The notes below the pieces were generated by a model. That model worked only from the letters and a program-made list of their open reading frames with translations, made no database searches and had not been told where the DNA came from. A stretch of DNA of 36,611 nt, taken from assembly GCA_003648225.1 (NCBI GenBank), contig QMOL01000001.1:1-36611 (forward strand), read 5' to 3'. This stretch comes from Chlamydiota bacterium. GTDB taxonomy: Bacteria; Auribacterota; UBA3054; B51-G9. A program made the position numbers and the translations under genes. Below, piece by piece: positions 27,154 to 34,998 of this stretch; the stretch's first letter is position 1; every line of letters starts with the position of its first letter.

Positions 27154-27183
27154 CCACTAATGAACACTAATGCACACTAATGA
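27154..27183. repeat. 10-nt tandem repeat x3 (core CACTAATG)
   Basis: CCACTAATGA ACACTAATGC ACACTAATGA, in the G-poor spacer after the stop at 27115. Confidence 0.9.
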
Positions 27184-27265
27184 ATAAAAAGAGACCAAAA
27201 AACATAATTTATAAGTCTTTGTAATTTAATATAAAAGTTGAAATTGAAATTGACATCTGAAATTA

Positions 27266-27357
27266 ATTGTCTGTTTTGTCCGTTTTGTCCGTTTTGTCCG
27301 TTTTGTCCGTTTGGTCCGTTTGGTCTGTTTGGTCCGTTTGGTCTGTTTGGTCCGTTT
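27266..27357. repeat. 9-nt tandem repeat array, about 10 copies (TTTTGTCCG x4 then TTTGGTC[CT]G x5)
   Basis: Direct reading: ATTGTCTG, then TTTTGTCCG x4 (27274-27309), then TTTGGTCCG/TTTGGTCTG alternating x5 (27310-27354). The array ends 16 nt before the lipA ATG. Confidence 0.95.
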
Positions 27358-27373
27358 AACTTATTAAAAAAAT

Positions 27374-28234
27374 ATGAAAAAGAAAAGAGCTACATTACCA
27401 AGAATAAGAATTCCCGCTAAAGCATCTATTGATAAAACTCACGATTTGCTGAAATCGTTGAATCTTCATACAGTTTGTCAGGAAGCCGGCTGTCCGAACA
27501 GATGGGAATGCTTTAGCGACAACACCGCCACATTTCTAATCCTCGGAAATATATGCACACGCAACTGTAAATTTTGCGGTGTGACTACCGGAGTGCCTTT
27601 GCCGCCAGACTTAGATGAACCCGAGCGGGTTGCCGAAGCGGCATCAAAACTCGGATTAAAATATGTTGTTGTTACAACTGTCACGCGTGATGATTTGCCC
27701 GATGGCGGCGCGGAACAATTTGCAAAGATAATCCGTGCGATAAGAAGAAAAATTCCTGACGCGGGAATTGAAGTTCTTACTTCTGATTTCGATGGAAATA
27801 TTGAAGCTTTGGAAAAGGTCCTTTCCGAAAAGCCATCTGTTTTTAATCATAATGTTGAAACTGTTGAGAGATTAACTCCGCAATTGAGAAGCAGAGCTTC
27901 ATACTTGAGATCACTTGCGGTGCTTGATCACGCCGCAAAATTCTCACCTGATATTCCGACTAAAAGCGGTTTAATGGTCGGCGTCGGCGAAACAGCAGAT
28001 GAAGTTAAAAAAACTTTACAGGATTTAAGAAAAGTTAATTGTAAAATAATAACTATCGGACAATATCTCGCGCCCTCTGAAAATCATTTTCAAGTTCAAG
28101 AATTTGTTGATGAAAAAACTTTTGAACTTTATAAAAATATTGCAGAAAATATCGGCTTTTCAGCTGTCGCTTCCGGCGCGCTTGTTCGCAGTTCATATCA
28201 CGCGTCACAATGCTATGAAAAAGCGGTTAATTAA
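27374..28234 (+). CDS. lipA: lipoyl synthase
   Basis: 286 aa. TVCQEAGCPNRWEC auxiliary cluster motif and the CTRNCKFC radical-SAM CxxxCxxC motif. Confidence 0.95.
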   Translation: MKKKRATLPRIRIPAKASIDKTHDLLKSLNLHTVCQEAGCPNRWECFSDNTATFLILGNICTRNCKFCGVTTGVPLPPDLDEPERVAEAASKLGLKYVVVTTVTRDDLPDGGAEQFAKIIRAIRRKIPDAGIEVLTSDFDGNIEALEKVLSEKPSVFNHNVETVERLTPQLRSRASYLRSLAVLDHAAKFSPDIPTKSGLMVGVGETADEVKKTLQDLRKVNCKIITIGQYLAPSENHFQVQEFVDEKTFELYKNIAENIGFSAVASGALVRSSYHASQCYEKAVN

Positions 28235-28282
28235 TCCAATTGAATATCCAAGAACCAACACGGAACACCCAATTATGAAGTT

Positions 28283-28298
28283 AATCCAACAATCCAAC
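28283..28298. repeat. 8-nt tandem repeat x2 (AATCCAAC)
   Basis: AATCCAAC AATCCAAC ends 5 nt before the ATG at 28304. The leader is G-poor and has no SD. Confidence 0.85.
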
Positions 28299-28303
28299 AA
28301 GCC

Positions 28304-28642
28304 ATGAATGATACATCTTCTTCCTCCCATCTCGCCGTTATGTTTGTCGGCGGACTTGATGACTGCAAATACACAATAGAAATTCTTGACAAGCTCGGAT
28401 TTCCAAGCGCGTTGGACGTTGCGGAAAAGATGGGGCAGCAATATGCAAACCGAGGCTACTATATCGTGACTATGCCGGAAGAAAACGCGGAACAGGCAAA
28501 ACGACTTATGGAACAGAAAATCCGTGAAGATCTTGAAATCAACAATTCCCCTGAAGAATTTGAAAATAAATGTCCGGCATGCGGTGCCGAATTATCGGCT
28601 GACCACACTGAATGTCCTGACTGCGGGTTAAATTTTGGATAA
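28304..28642 (+). CDS. small protein with a DUF2007-like N-terminal domain and a C-terminal zinc ribbon
   Basis: 112 aa with C-terminal CPACGAELSADHTECPDCG. The N-terminal beta-alpha-beta-like segment assignment to DUF2007 is from memory only. Confidence 0.55.
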   Translation: MNDTSSSSHLAVMFVGGLDDCKYTIEILDKLGFPSALDVAEKMGQQYANRGYYIVTMPEENAEQAKRLMEQKIREDLEINNSPEEFENKCPACGAELSADHTECPDCGLNFG

Positions 28643-28647
28643 AATTT

Positions 28648-30009
28648 ATGAAAACTACAAAAATTATCAGAATATTTTTAATAATTCTGATCTTAATAAT
28701 CTTAGCAGTTAAAGCATTTAAAACACTTAAACTTCGCTCTGAAGCAAAACCGGAGAGAAATTTACCTGATAAAAAATATCTCGTATTTGAAATGACTAAT
28801 GTTGCTGATCTTGAACCCGCAATTAAAAAATTAGTCAAAATCCTCGATCCAAATAACAATCGCTCAAAACGAATGTTCGGCTTCGGCGTTAATTGTATTC
28901 CTTTGCTGTCCCGCTCAATTTCTAATTTGCAAAACAAAATAAATAACGGATTTGACCTTGCCGAAAAATATGACGTTCCTGTCTTTTTTCATATTGATCC
29001 AATGTATGGTTTCGGTTCAATACCGCAACCTTTAAAAGAAAAAGCTCCGGAAATTGAATATTGGAAACATCCCAAAATGTGCGAATGGGTGAATTTCCCG
29101 ACTAACGGACAATCTCACGGTAAAGTTCCGCGTTCATGGATTAATTGGGGAAGTTGGCTTGTTACCGCGTCTGCGAATCCATGTTTTGAGTCACCTCATT
29201 TTAAAAAATTTGTGACGGCGCAACTAAAAAACGGCATTGCAAAAGTTATTACAAAACGTTTGAAAAAATTAAGAAAAGAAAAGAAAGAGTATTTGTTTAT
29301 AGGATTGAATATCGGCTGGGAAACTCACCTTATTAACAATCGGAAATGCTTAACCGAAAAACAATCCATCGTTTGTATGTATGATACAAACATGGTGATG
29401 CAAAAATGGGAAACGGCACAATCGGGTTACGCGGCACTGCATTACAAAGGATGGAACGAAAAAAAATTAATTGCCGAAGCAAAAAAACAGAACATTTCGA
29501 AAGAAAAATTGTTTTATGATTTTTGCGGACAAATTGTTCATGATTATCTTGAACTTCTCGCTAAAAGCGCTTATGAAGCCGGACTCCCGACCGATAAGAT
29601 TTACACGCATATTGTTGCCGTTCAATCGGTTGAAACAAATACTGTAAATACAGATTTTCCACCAATATGGGCGGCGGTAAACGATTACAGCATACCAGGG
29701 TTTACACTTTGCAACGAAAGCGGAGCAACTTATGACATTAAAGAATTAAAAAAACTAATTAAGAACGCTGACCCAAAGAAAGATAAATTTGCAGCAATTG
29801 AAACATATCTTTCGCATCACAAAACGGAAAAAAGGTTTACTGATTATATGAATGAAGTTTTTCAAGAAGACAATCCAATAATGGTAATCTACGGCGCACT
29901 ACAAAACGATAACCATGGAATAAATCCTAAACCCGCGAACGAGACAAAAGCGATCATTAATTGGTTAAGGCCACCCGCAAAGCGGTATGAAATGACAGGG
30001 AAACAATAA
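28648..30009 (+). CDS. N-terminally anchored protein of unknown function
   Basis: 453 aa with TM IIRIFLIILILIILAV. No family recognised. It starts 5 nt after the preceding stop. Confidence 0.6.
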   Translation: MKTTKIIRIFLIILILIILAVKAFKTLKLRSEAKPERNLPDKKYLVFEMTNVADLEPAIKKLVKILDPNNNRSKRMFGFGVNCIPLLSRSISNLQNKINNGFDLAEKYDVPVFFHIDPMYGFGSIPQPLKEKAPEIEYWKHPKMCEWVNFPTNGQSHGKVPRSWINWGSWLVTASANPCFESPHFKKFVTAQLKNGIAKVITKRLKKLRKEKKEYLFIGLNIGWETHLINNRKCLTEKQSIVCMYDTNMVMQKWETAQSGYAALHYKGWNEKKLIAEAKKQNISKEKLFYDFCGQIVHDYLELLAKSAYEAGLPTDKIYTHIVAVQSVETNTVNTDFPPIWAAVNDYSIPGFTLCNESGATYDIKELKKLIKNADPKKDKFAAIETYLSHHKTEKRFTDYMNEVFQEDNPIMVIYGALQNDNHGINPKPANETKAIINWLRPPAKRYEMTGKQ

Positions 30010-30030
30010 TAAGTGTTAAAAATGCGATAT

Positions 30031-30060
30031 AATTTCCCGTTATATTCTTTCGGGGAATTT
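30031..30060. terminator. candidate hairpin terminator between convergent genes
   Basis: 9-bp stem AATTTCCCG (30031-30039) / CGGGGAATT (30051-30059) with one G-U pair and an 11-nt loop. The T-run is short, so the call is only moderate. Confidence 0.4.
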
Positions 30061-30074
30061 AAATCTTAGTGGAC

Positions 30075-31259
30075 TCATCTCAAAATATTTCTTGCCATCA
30101 TACCAAAATTTGAAAAAACATATTTGTGCACCCGTTCTCCGTTAAACATATATCGCCGCTCAACTCTATCGGAAATCAAAGTGAATATTTCATAAGGAAT
30201 TGTGTTCATTTTCTCGGCAACATCCTGAACAGTAATTTTGTTTAGTCCCTGTTTTCCCATTAAAACCACTTCATCGCCGACACTAATACTGTTATGGAGA
30301 CCTATGTCAACTGTGGTCTGATCCATGCTTATTCTTCCTACGACAGGATATTTGTCGCCGCGAATTAAAACCTGCGCTTTATTACTCAATGCGCGTAAGA
30401 AACCGTCACCATAACCAACTTCTATGGTCGCCATTTTCGTTCGTTTATCTGCTATAAAAGTTGAGCCATAACCGATTGACTGACCCGGAAAAACTTCTTT
30501 AATAAAAGTAACACTTGTTTTCCATGTCAGCATAGATTTTGTGCGAACACCTTTTCTAACCTTCCCATCAACCGGCGGAAGTCCTCCGTAAAGTAAAATT
30601 CCCGGGCGCACCATATCAAAGTCTGAGTGAGCGATATTTAAAAGTCCTCCACTATTTGAAATATGTTTTAATGGAATATTAACATCTCTTTCCCTCAGAA
30701 ATTTACTCACTCGTTTAAATCTGTCAATCTGGCCTATAGCGCTGCGAATATCATCTTCATCAGCGCCGGCGTAATGACTCATCAAGCCTTCGATTTCGAG
30801 GTTAGTCAATTGAGTTGTTTTAAAAATATCATTAAGGTTTTTTTCTGAATTAAAACCGATTCTTCCCATTCCGGTGTCAATTTTAATATGACATTTAAGT
30901 TTTACATGCATCGCGCGAGCAGATTCATTTAACTTTAACGCGTTTTCTAAATCAACTATTATCGGTGTAATTTCATGAATAGATAACGCTTTAACATCGC
31001 TTGCCTCACACGGACCGAGAACTAAGATCCTTGCTTCAGGTACATACGATTTAATTTCCAACGCTTCTCTTAATGTCGCAAGGCCAAGCCAGTCAATTCC
31101 AAATTCATGTGCCGCTTTTGCCATTGGCTCAAGCCCGTGCCCGTAAGCGTTTGCTTTCAGAGGCAGTAAAAGTTTACAGTTATGCGGAATATTTTCGCGA
31201 ATAATATTAATATTTTCGCGCAAATTATTTAGATTTATTTCTACCCAGGAGTAATACAT
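30075..31259 (-). CDS. alr: alanine racemase
   Basis: 394 aa. PLP-lysine motif LLPLKANAYGHG, and typical C-terminal domain (GYGDGF, VGRISMDQ). Confidence 0.93.
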   Translation of the reverse strand: MYYSWVEINLNNLRENINIIRENIPHNCKLLLPLKANAYGHGLEPMAKAAHEFGIDWLGLATLREALEIKSYVPEARILVLGPCEASDVKALSIHEITPIIVDLENALKLNESARAMHVKLKCHIKIDTGMGRIGFNSEKNLNDIFKTTQLTNLEIEGLMSHYAGADEDDIRSAIGQIDRFKRVSKFLRERDVNIPLKHISNSGGLLNIAHSDFDMVRPGILLYGGLPPVDGKVRKGVRTKSMLTWKTSVTFIKEVFPGQSIGYGSTFIADKRTKMATIEVGYGDGFLRALSNKAQVLIRGDKYPVVGRISMDQTTVDIGLHNSISVGDEVVLMGKQGLNKITVQDVAEKMNTIPYEIFTLISDRVERRYMFNGERVHKYVFSNFGMMARNILR

Positions 31260-31263
31260 TTTA

Positions 31264-31287
31264 GATTAGTGGATTAGTGGATTAGTA
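31264..31287. repeat. 8-nt tandem repeat x3 (GATTAGTG; mRNA sense CACTAATC)
   Basis: GATTAGTG GATTAGTG GATTAGTA. On the alr (minus) strand this reads TACTAATC CACTAATC CACTAATC and ends 4 nt before the alr ATG. Confidence 0.9.
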
Positions 31288-31517
31288 GAAAAATTAAATA
31301 CTCAATAATCAATACACCACAGGCGCACTTTTAAAGCAGAAATGAGCAACGTAAAAGTAAAAAAGTGATTTCTTAACTTGAATATTGAAAATTTCTTGTT
31401 GAATATTGAATATTGTATTCGATGTTTTAATTTCTAATTGCTCTAATTTCTAAGGAAATCCCAATAATCCAATAAGAAGCAATGAACAAATTGGTTTTTT
31501 CTTACTTTGATTCTTTT

Positions 31518-31563
31518 TTAGGTCAATTAAAAATTAGGTTAATTAAGTTAATTAGGTCAATTA
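31518..31563. repeat. three copies of the 12-mer TTAGGT(C/T)AATTA
   Basis: Copies at 31518-31529, 31534-31545 (T variant) and 31552-31563, directly downstream of the mpg stop. Confidence 0.85.
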
Positions 31564-31565
31564 GA

Positions 31566-32153
31566 TCAACTCGGTTTCCCCGACACATATTTATTCCCAG
31601 GAATATAATATCGCCCTTTTATTTCCGTGCCCGCACGTATTCCTATTCTTTTACTTTTTTTATAGAGTGGCGGCGGTAATTCATCATCAACAATAATTAA
31701 CGGTTTTTTTAATAATGACTTTCCATTCTGGTCTCCCGTAATTCCGAACGCTACGCACAGTTTTGCGGGTCCATTCGTCAAATCAACATCTTTTTTTACT
31801 TTGCGCCTTTGCCGCATTATTTCTATCCCGCCAACCGGTTCAACCGCTCTTATGAGTACTGCAGACGCTTTACCTTTTTCTTCAGTCACCACGTTAACGA
31901 GCCAATGATTACCGTAGCAGAAATAGACATAAATAGTTCCCGGTTTGCCAAACATGGGAGCATTTCTTTTTGTTTTCCCACGTGCAGCATGATTAGCGGG
32001 GTCATTTTCCGAGAAATATGCTTCAGTTTCAACTATTCGACCACTACAGCAAATTCCGTTGTGACAATGAATTAAAATCTTCCCGAGCAAGTCCCGGGCA
32101 ACTATATCCGGTGATCGGTCATAAAATTTTTCAGTCAGAGTTTTATTTCTCAT
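31566..32153 (-). CDS. mpg: DNA-3-methyladenine glycosylase (AAG/MPG family)
   Basis: 195 aa. FYDRSPDIVARDLLGKIL...GRIVETEAYFSENDPANHAARGKTKRNAPMFGKPGTIYVYFCYGNHWLVNVV. Confidence 0.9.
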   Translation of the reverse strand: MRNKTLTEKFYDRSPDIVARDLLGKILIHCHNGICCSGRIVETEAYFSENDPANHAARGKTKRNAPMFGKPGTIYVYFCYGNHWLVNVVTEEKGKASAVLIRAVEPVGGIEIMRQRRKVKKDVDLTNGPAKLCVAFGITGDQNGKSLLKKPLIIVDDELPPPLYKKSKRIGIRAGTEIKGRYYIPGNKYVSGKPS

Positions 32154-32158
32154 ATAAA

Positions 32159-32187
32159 ATTATAGCTATAATCGGAAAATTCTTCAA
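32159..32187 (-). promoter_or_regulatory. sigma-70-type promoter placed for a leaderless or near-leaderless mpg transcript
   Basis: Minus strand: TTGAAG (32182-32187), a 17-nt spacer, then TATAAT (32159-32164). Only 5 nt separate the -10 from the ATG at 32153. Confidence 0.5.
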
Positions 32188-32190
32188 CTA

Positions 32191-32219
32191 TTGACAATAA
32201 CAGCCGTTTTTTTTATACT
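32191..32219 (+). promoter_or_regulatory. sigma-70-type promoter for the thioredoxin-TPR gene
   Basis: TTGACA (32191-32196), a 17-nt spacer, then TATACT (32214-32219), about 38 nt upstream of the ATG at 32258. Confidence 0.6.
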
Positions 32220-32257
32220 TTTACAATAAAATTTATAATAAATAATAATAATAGATT

Positions 32258-33124
32258 ATGGAAAATCCAACTGTAAACATTAATAATATAGCTGAACTTA
32301 ATTCAGTAATCGAAAAAGCCGGAAAAGAAACTCTGCTCATTATCGATTTCTGGGCGCCGTGGTGCCAACCGTGCAAATCGCTGGGACCTGTCCTCGAGGC
32401 AGCGGTAAAAAAGCACGTGCCAAAAGTTCAGCTTGTAAAAATTGACATTGATCAAAACAAATCTCTCGCGGCACAGTTTAAAATACAAAGTATTCCAGCG
32501 GTAAAATTTGTTCTTGACGGAAAGATTGTCGCTGATTTCGTCGGCGCGCAACCTGCGTCAATTATTGAACAGTACATTTCAAAATTATTACCCGAAGCTG
32601 TTGAAGAACAAAACAAACTTAAACTTGCTGAAGATGAATTAAAAGCGGGTAATTATAAAAAGGCGGAAGAAATATTTTCAGAAGTATTGCTGAATGATCC
32701 GGAATCGTCGGAAGCACATCTTGGTTTGACAAAATGTTATTTTGTTAATAAAGATGTTGAAAAAGCGCGGGAACATTTTGAGAAAATTAATGACCCTAAA
32801 TTTCTTAAGGAAAAAGAAGATTTAGAAAATTTAATTTTTATTCTTGAAGAATGCGAAAAGAGTAGTGGTAAAGATATTACAGCAAAAAAAGCAATGGAGA
32901 ATCCAGCGGATTTAGAAGCTAATTTCAAATGGGCATGCTGCCTCGCGACTGATGGAGATTATACCGCGGCATTTGAAGCTCTGCTCACAATAATATCGCG
33001 GGACAGGAAATTTCGCAAAGATAGTCCACGGAAAATATTAATTTCGTTATTTAATTTACTTGGAGATAAAAATCCACTTGTAACTGAATATCGACAACGC
33101 CTCGCGAAAACATTATATATTTAA
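32258..33124 (+). CDS. thioredoxin-domain plus TPR co-chaperone (YbbN/CnoX-like)
   Basis: 288 aa. N-terminal thioredoxin fold with an intact WAPWCQPCKSL active site. C-terminal TPR-like helical repeats. Confidence 0.85.
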   Translation: MENPTVNINNIAELNSVIEKAGKETLLIIDFWAPWCQPCKSLGPVLEAAVKKHVPKVQLVKIDIDQNKSLAAQFKIQSIPAVKFVLDGKIVADFVGAQPASIIEQYISKLLPEAVEEQNKLKLAEDELKAGNYKKAEEIFSEVLLNDPESSEAHLGLTKCYFVNKDVEKAREHFEKINDPKFLKEKEDLENLIFILEECEKSSGKDITAKKAMENPADLEANFKWACCLATDGDYTAAFEALLTIISRDRKFRKDSPRKILISLFNLLGDKNPLVTEYRQRLAKTLYI

Positions 33125-33252
33125 TTAGAATCTCATATCCAAAATGTAGAAAATTCAATTTGGCCCGATCGTTCAGGAGAAATTTATCCAGGCGGAACCA
33201 ACGAATAAAATTAACTGTCCCGACAAACGAATAACATAACAAAAAAATCAAA

Positions 33253-34914
33253 ATGAAACAAGTATCAACATTAAGAAAAGTAAGGATAAAATATCAGCCT
33301 AAGTTACCGCCTGTTTTTGCTAAGAGCGGAATGAAAATCAGCATTGTTCCCGGTAAAAAAACTACTGCCGCAAGTAATGCCGCACAAATTAAAAAATTAT
33401 TTAAAAATATTTATGGCGCGCCGACGGTAACATTCAAAGCAGACAAGAAAGCTGAACATCCCGTTAAAAATGTCGGTGTAATTCTTTCCGGCGGACAAGC
33501 TCCCGGCGGGCATAATGTTATTGCCGGAATATTTGACGCGCTAAAAGCCGCGAACAAAAAAAATAAGCTTTATGGATTTCTCGGTGGGCCATCTGGACTT
33601 ACCAATAACGATTATATTGAACTAACCCCGAAAATAATGAACGATTATCGAAATTCCGGTGGTTTTGATATTATCGGTAGTGGAAGAACAAAACTTGAAA
33701 CAAAAGAACAGTTTGATGAAACACGCAAGAATCTTGATGAACTTAAAATCAGCGCTGTCGTAGTTATAGGCGGAGATGATTCTAATACAAACGCGGCTTT
33801 GCTTGCTGAATATTTCGCAGCGGAAAAAGCAGGCATTCAGATTATCGGCGTTCCAAAAACAATCGATGGCGACCTGAAAAATAATCAGATAGAAACTTCC
33901 TTCGGTTTTGATACCGCTTCGAAATGCTATAGTGAACTTGTAGGCAATATATGCCGTGACGTTAATTCAGCAAAAAAATACTGGCACTTCATCAAACTGA
34001 TGGGAAGGAGTGCGAGTCATATCGCTTTAGAAGTTGCATTACAAACCCAGCCGAACATAACGATTATTTCTGAAGAGGTTGCTGCTAAAAAGAAAACGCT
34101 GAAACAAGTCGTTAGCGAAATAGTTAATATAATTGTCAAGCGGTCAAAAAAAGGTAAAGATTTCGGAGTGATTCTTATTCCGGAAGGATTGATTGAATTT
34201 ATTCCTGAAGTTAAAAAACTTATTGGTGAACTTAATGATTTGCTCGCTAAAGAAGAGAAATATTTTAAGACATTAGAATCTGCAGATGAACGGGCACAAT
34301 TTATAAACAGAAAACTTACTCAGAAAACTTCACAACTTTACTCTTCTTTGCCGTGGACAATACAGCAGCAGTTGATAATGGATCGCGATCCTCACGGCAA
34401 TGTTCAGGTTTCCAGAATTGAAACTGAAAAACTGCTTATCGAATTAGTGGAAGAATGGCTGACTCAGCTTAAATTAAAAGAAAAATACAAAGGAAATTTT
34501 TCCGCGCAAAATCATTTCTTCGGGTATGAAGGCAGATGCGCTGCACCGTCAAATTTTGACGCTGATTATTGTTATTCACTCGGATTTGGTGCCGCAGCGC
34601 TAATCCAGGCGGGTCTTACAGGTTATATGTCAAGTGTAAAAAATCTAGATAAATCCGCAACAAAATGGATCGCTGGTGGTGTTCCGCTGACTATGATGAT
34701 GAACATGGAACGCCGTCACGGCAAAGCGAAACCGGTTATTAAAAAAGCTCTTGTTGAGCTTAAAGGTAATCCATACAAAAAACTTATCAAAAATAAAAAA
34801 GAATGGGCGGAAACAGAAAATTATCTCGATGCGGGACCAATTCAGTATTTTGGACCGCCGAGTGTGTGCGACCAACCGACAGAAACATTAAAACTTGAGA
34901 AAAAGAGAAAATAA
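33253..34914 (+). CDS. pfp: diphosphate-fructose-6-phosphate 1-phosphotransferase (PPi-dependent PFK, long form)
   Basis: 553 aa. GGDDSNTNA (Asp where ATP-PFKs have Gly) and PKTIDGD (Lys), the signatures associated with PPi specificity. Confidence 0.9.
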   Translation: MKQVSTLRKVRIKYQPKLPPVFAKSGMKISIVPGKKTTAASNAAQIKKLFKNIYGAPTVTFKADKKAEHPVKNVGVILSGGQAPGGHNVIAGIFDALKAANKKNKLYGFLGGPSGLTNNDYIELTPKIMNDYRNSGGFDIIGSGRTKLETKEQFDETRKNLDELKISAVVVIGGDDSNTNAALLAEYFAAEKAGIQIIGVPKTIDGDLKNNQIETSFGFDTASKCYSELVGNICRDVNSAKKYWHFIKLMGRSASHIALEVALQTQPNITIISEEVAAKKKTLKQVVSEIVNIIVKRSKKGKDFGVILIPEGLIEFIPEVKKLIGELNDLLAKEEKYFKTLESADERAQFINRKLTQKTSQLYSSLPWTIQQQLIMDRDPHGNVQVSRIETEKLLIELVEEWLTQLKLKEKYKGNFSAQNHFFGYEGRCAAPSNFDADYCYSLGFGAAALIQAGLTGYMSSVKNLDKSATKWIAGGVPLTMMMNMERRHGKAKPVIKKALVELKGNPYKKLIKNKKEWAETENYLDAGPIQYFGPPSVCDQPTETLKLEKKRK

Positions 34915-34940
34915 TAATTTTTTATTTTCAAAATATATAA

Positions 34941-34972
34941 AAAAGCCCCGATAAAAATCGGGGCTTTTTTTC
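34941..34972. terminator. bidirectional Rho-independent terminator after pfp
   Basis: Stem AGCCCCGAT (34944-34952) / ATCGGGGCT (34957-34965) with a 4-nt loop. An A-run lies 5' and TTTTTTT 3'. Confidence 0.85.
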
Positions 34973-34998
34973 AGAAAACACCCAATTCTTTTTTACAT

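Noticed and set aside
27266-27357. Possible CRISPR array
   Set aside because: Units are 9 nt and directly abutting, with no spacers. No cas genes are in the window. This is a microsatellite-type tandem repeat.
27238-27420. 60-aa ORF translating the 9-nt repeat array as CPFCPFCPFCPFGPFGLFGPF...
   Set aside because: It is created entirely by the 9-nt (3-codon) periodicity of the repeat. It uses a non-ATG start without an SD and runs out of frame into the well-supported lipA start. Treated as a repeat, not a gene.
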